Source of the DNA: Amoebidium appalachense
Lineage: Eukaryota; Protista; Ichthyosporea
DNA length: 64,000 bases
Direction of reading: 5' to 3'
Assembly: GCA_963693365.1 (NCBI GenBank)
Contig: CAVNZM010000003.1
Span: 6,042,509-6,106,508, forward strand
Part shown: positions 63,630 to 64,000 of the stretch, one piece after another
Position numbering within the stretch: position 1 is the stretch's first letter
Layout: each line of letters opens with the position of its first letter
The notes under the pieces: generated by a model
What the model saw: only the letters and a program-made list of their open reading frames with translations
Database searches by the model: none
What the model was told of the DNA's origin: nothing
Program-made: the position numbers and the translations under genes

Positions 63630-64000
63630 ACACACCCACGCACCTTGCCAGTACAGGGACCTTGTTGAGCAGCCTGATAGTGATGGTGGAAGGCACTAGA
63701 AGGGTCGGCTCTCCGTCTATCTGCATGGAGAATGCCCTGCGTGTCGTCACCACCGCCTCACGGCACTGGCAGATGCGCACACACTGGCCAATGCCTACTT
63801 GCTGCTTGGCCTATGGGGAGAAAACGTTAAAAATTAAAAGGGCATTAGAAGAGTATATCCCTCTGGATGTACGATACCCTACCACTAAATTTCGATAAGG
63901 TAAGGACAGAAGATAGACAGCAGCAAAACTGAACAAAACGCCTGTGCGTGTGTGTCTGATGACAACAACAATGAAGAAAGGTATTTTGGAGAAAAGAAGC

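Noticed and set aside
60000-64000. Possible exons of another spliced gene (near 60070, 61650, 63657)
   Set aside because: I could not build a phase-consistent model or recognise any domain.

Overview
Repeat-rich eukaryotic DNA with GT-AG introns, made almost entirely of nested mobile elements. Left to right: (i) the 3' half of a Ty1/copia element (1-2527); (ii) a compact, mostly intronless, TATA-driven, virus- or plasmid-like gene cluster (~2990-22300) encoding a fibre-like repeat protein, a Zn-repeat protein, a divergent class-III PLP aminotransferase, a C2H2 protein and a D5/DUF5906-type SF3 helicase followed by an iteron-like TAGACA array, interrupted by a near-intact copia element (13536-19401); (iii) a complete 7-exon KDM4-like JmjN/JmjC gene whose introns are filled with tandem repeats (23336-32517, minus); (iv) an Ngaro-type tyrosine-recombinase retrotransposon (35152-40573, minus); (v) ~450 bp of insect-like DNA (Orco C-terminus plus a neprilysin-like exon/intron) inside a satellite array; (vi) a second JmjC gene; (vii) a 640-bp TRIM whose LTRs each carry a tRNA-like Pol III cassette (46066-46705); (viii) an intact 9-exon Plavaka transposase gene (48140-56957); (ix) a 5'-truncated LINE. 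The Plavaka + KDM4-like + tandem repeat + viral-type mix recalls giant repeats reported in the arthropod-associated ichthyosporean Amoebidium; the organism is my inference only. All family calls come from motif recognition, not database searches, and several frameshifts lie in homopolymers and may be sequencing errors.
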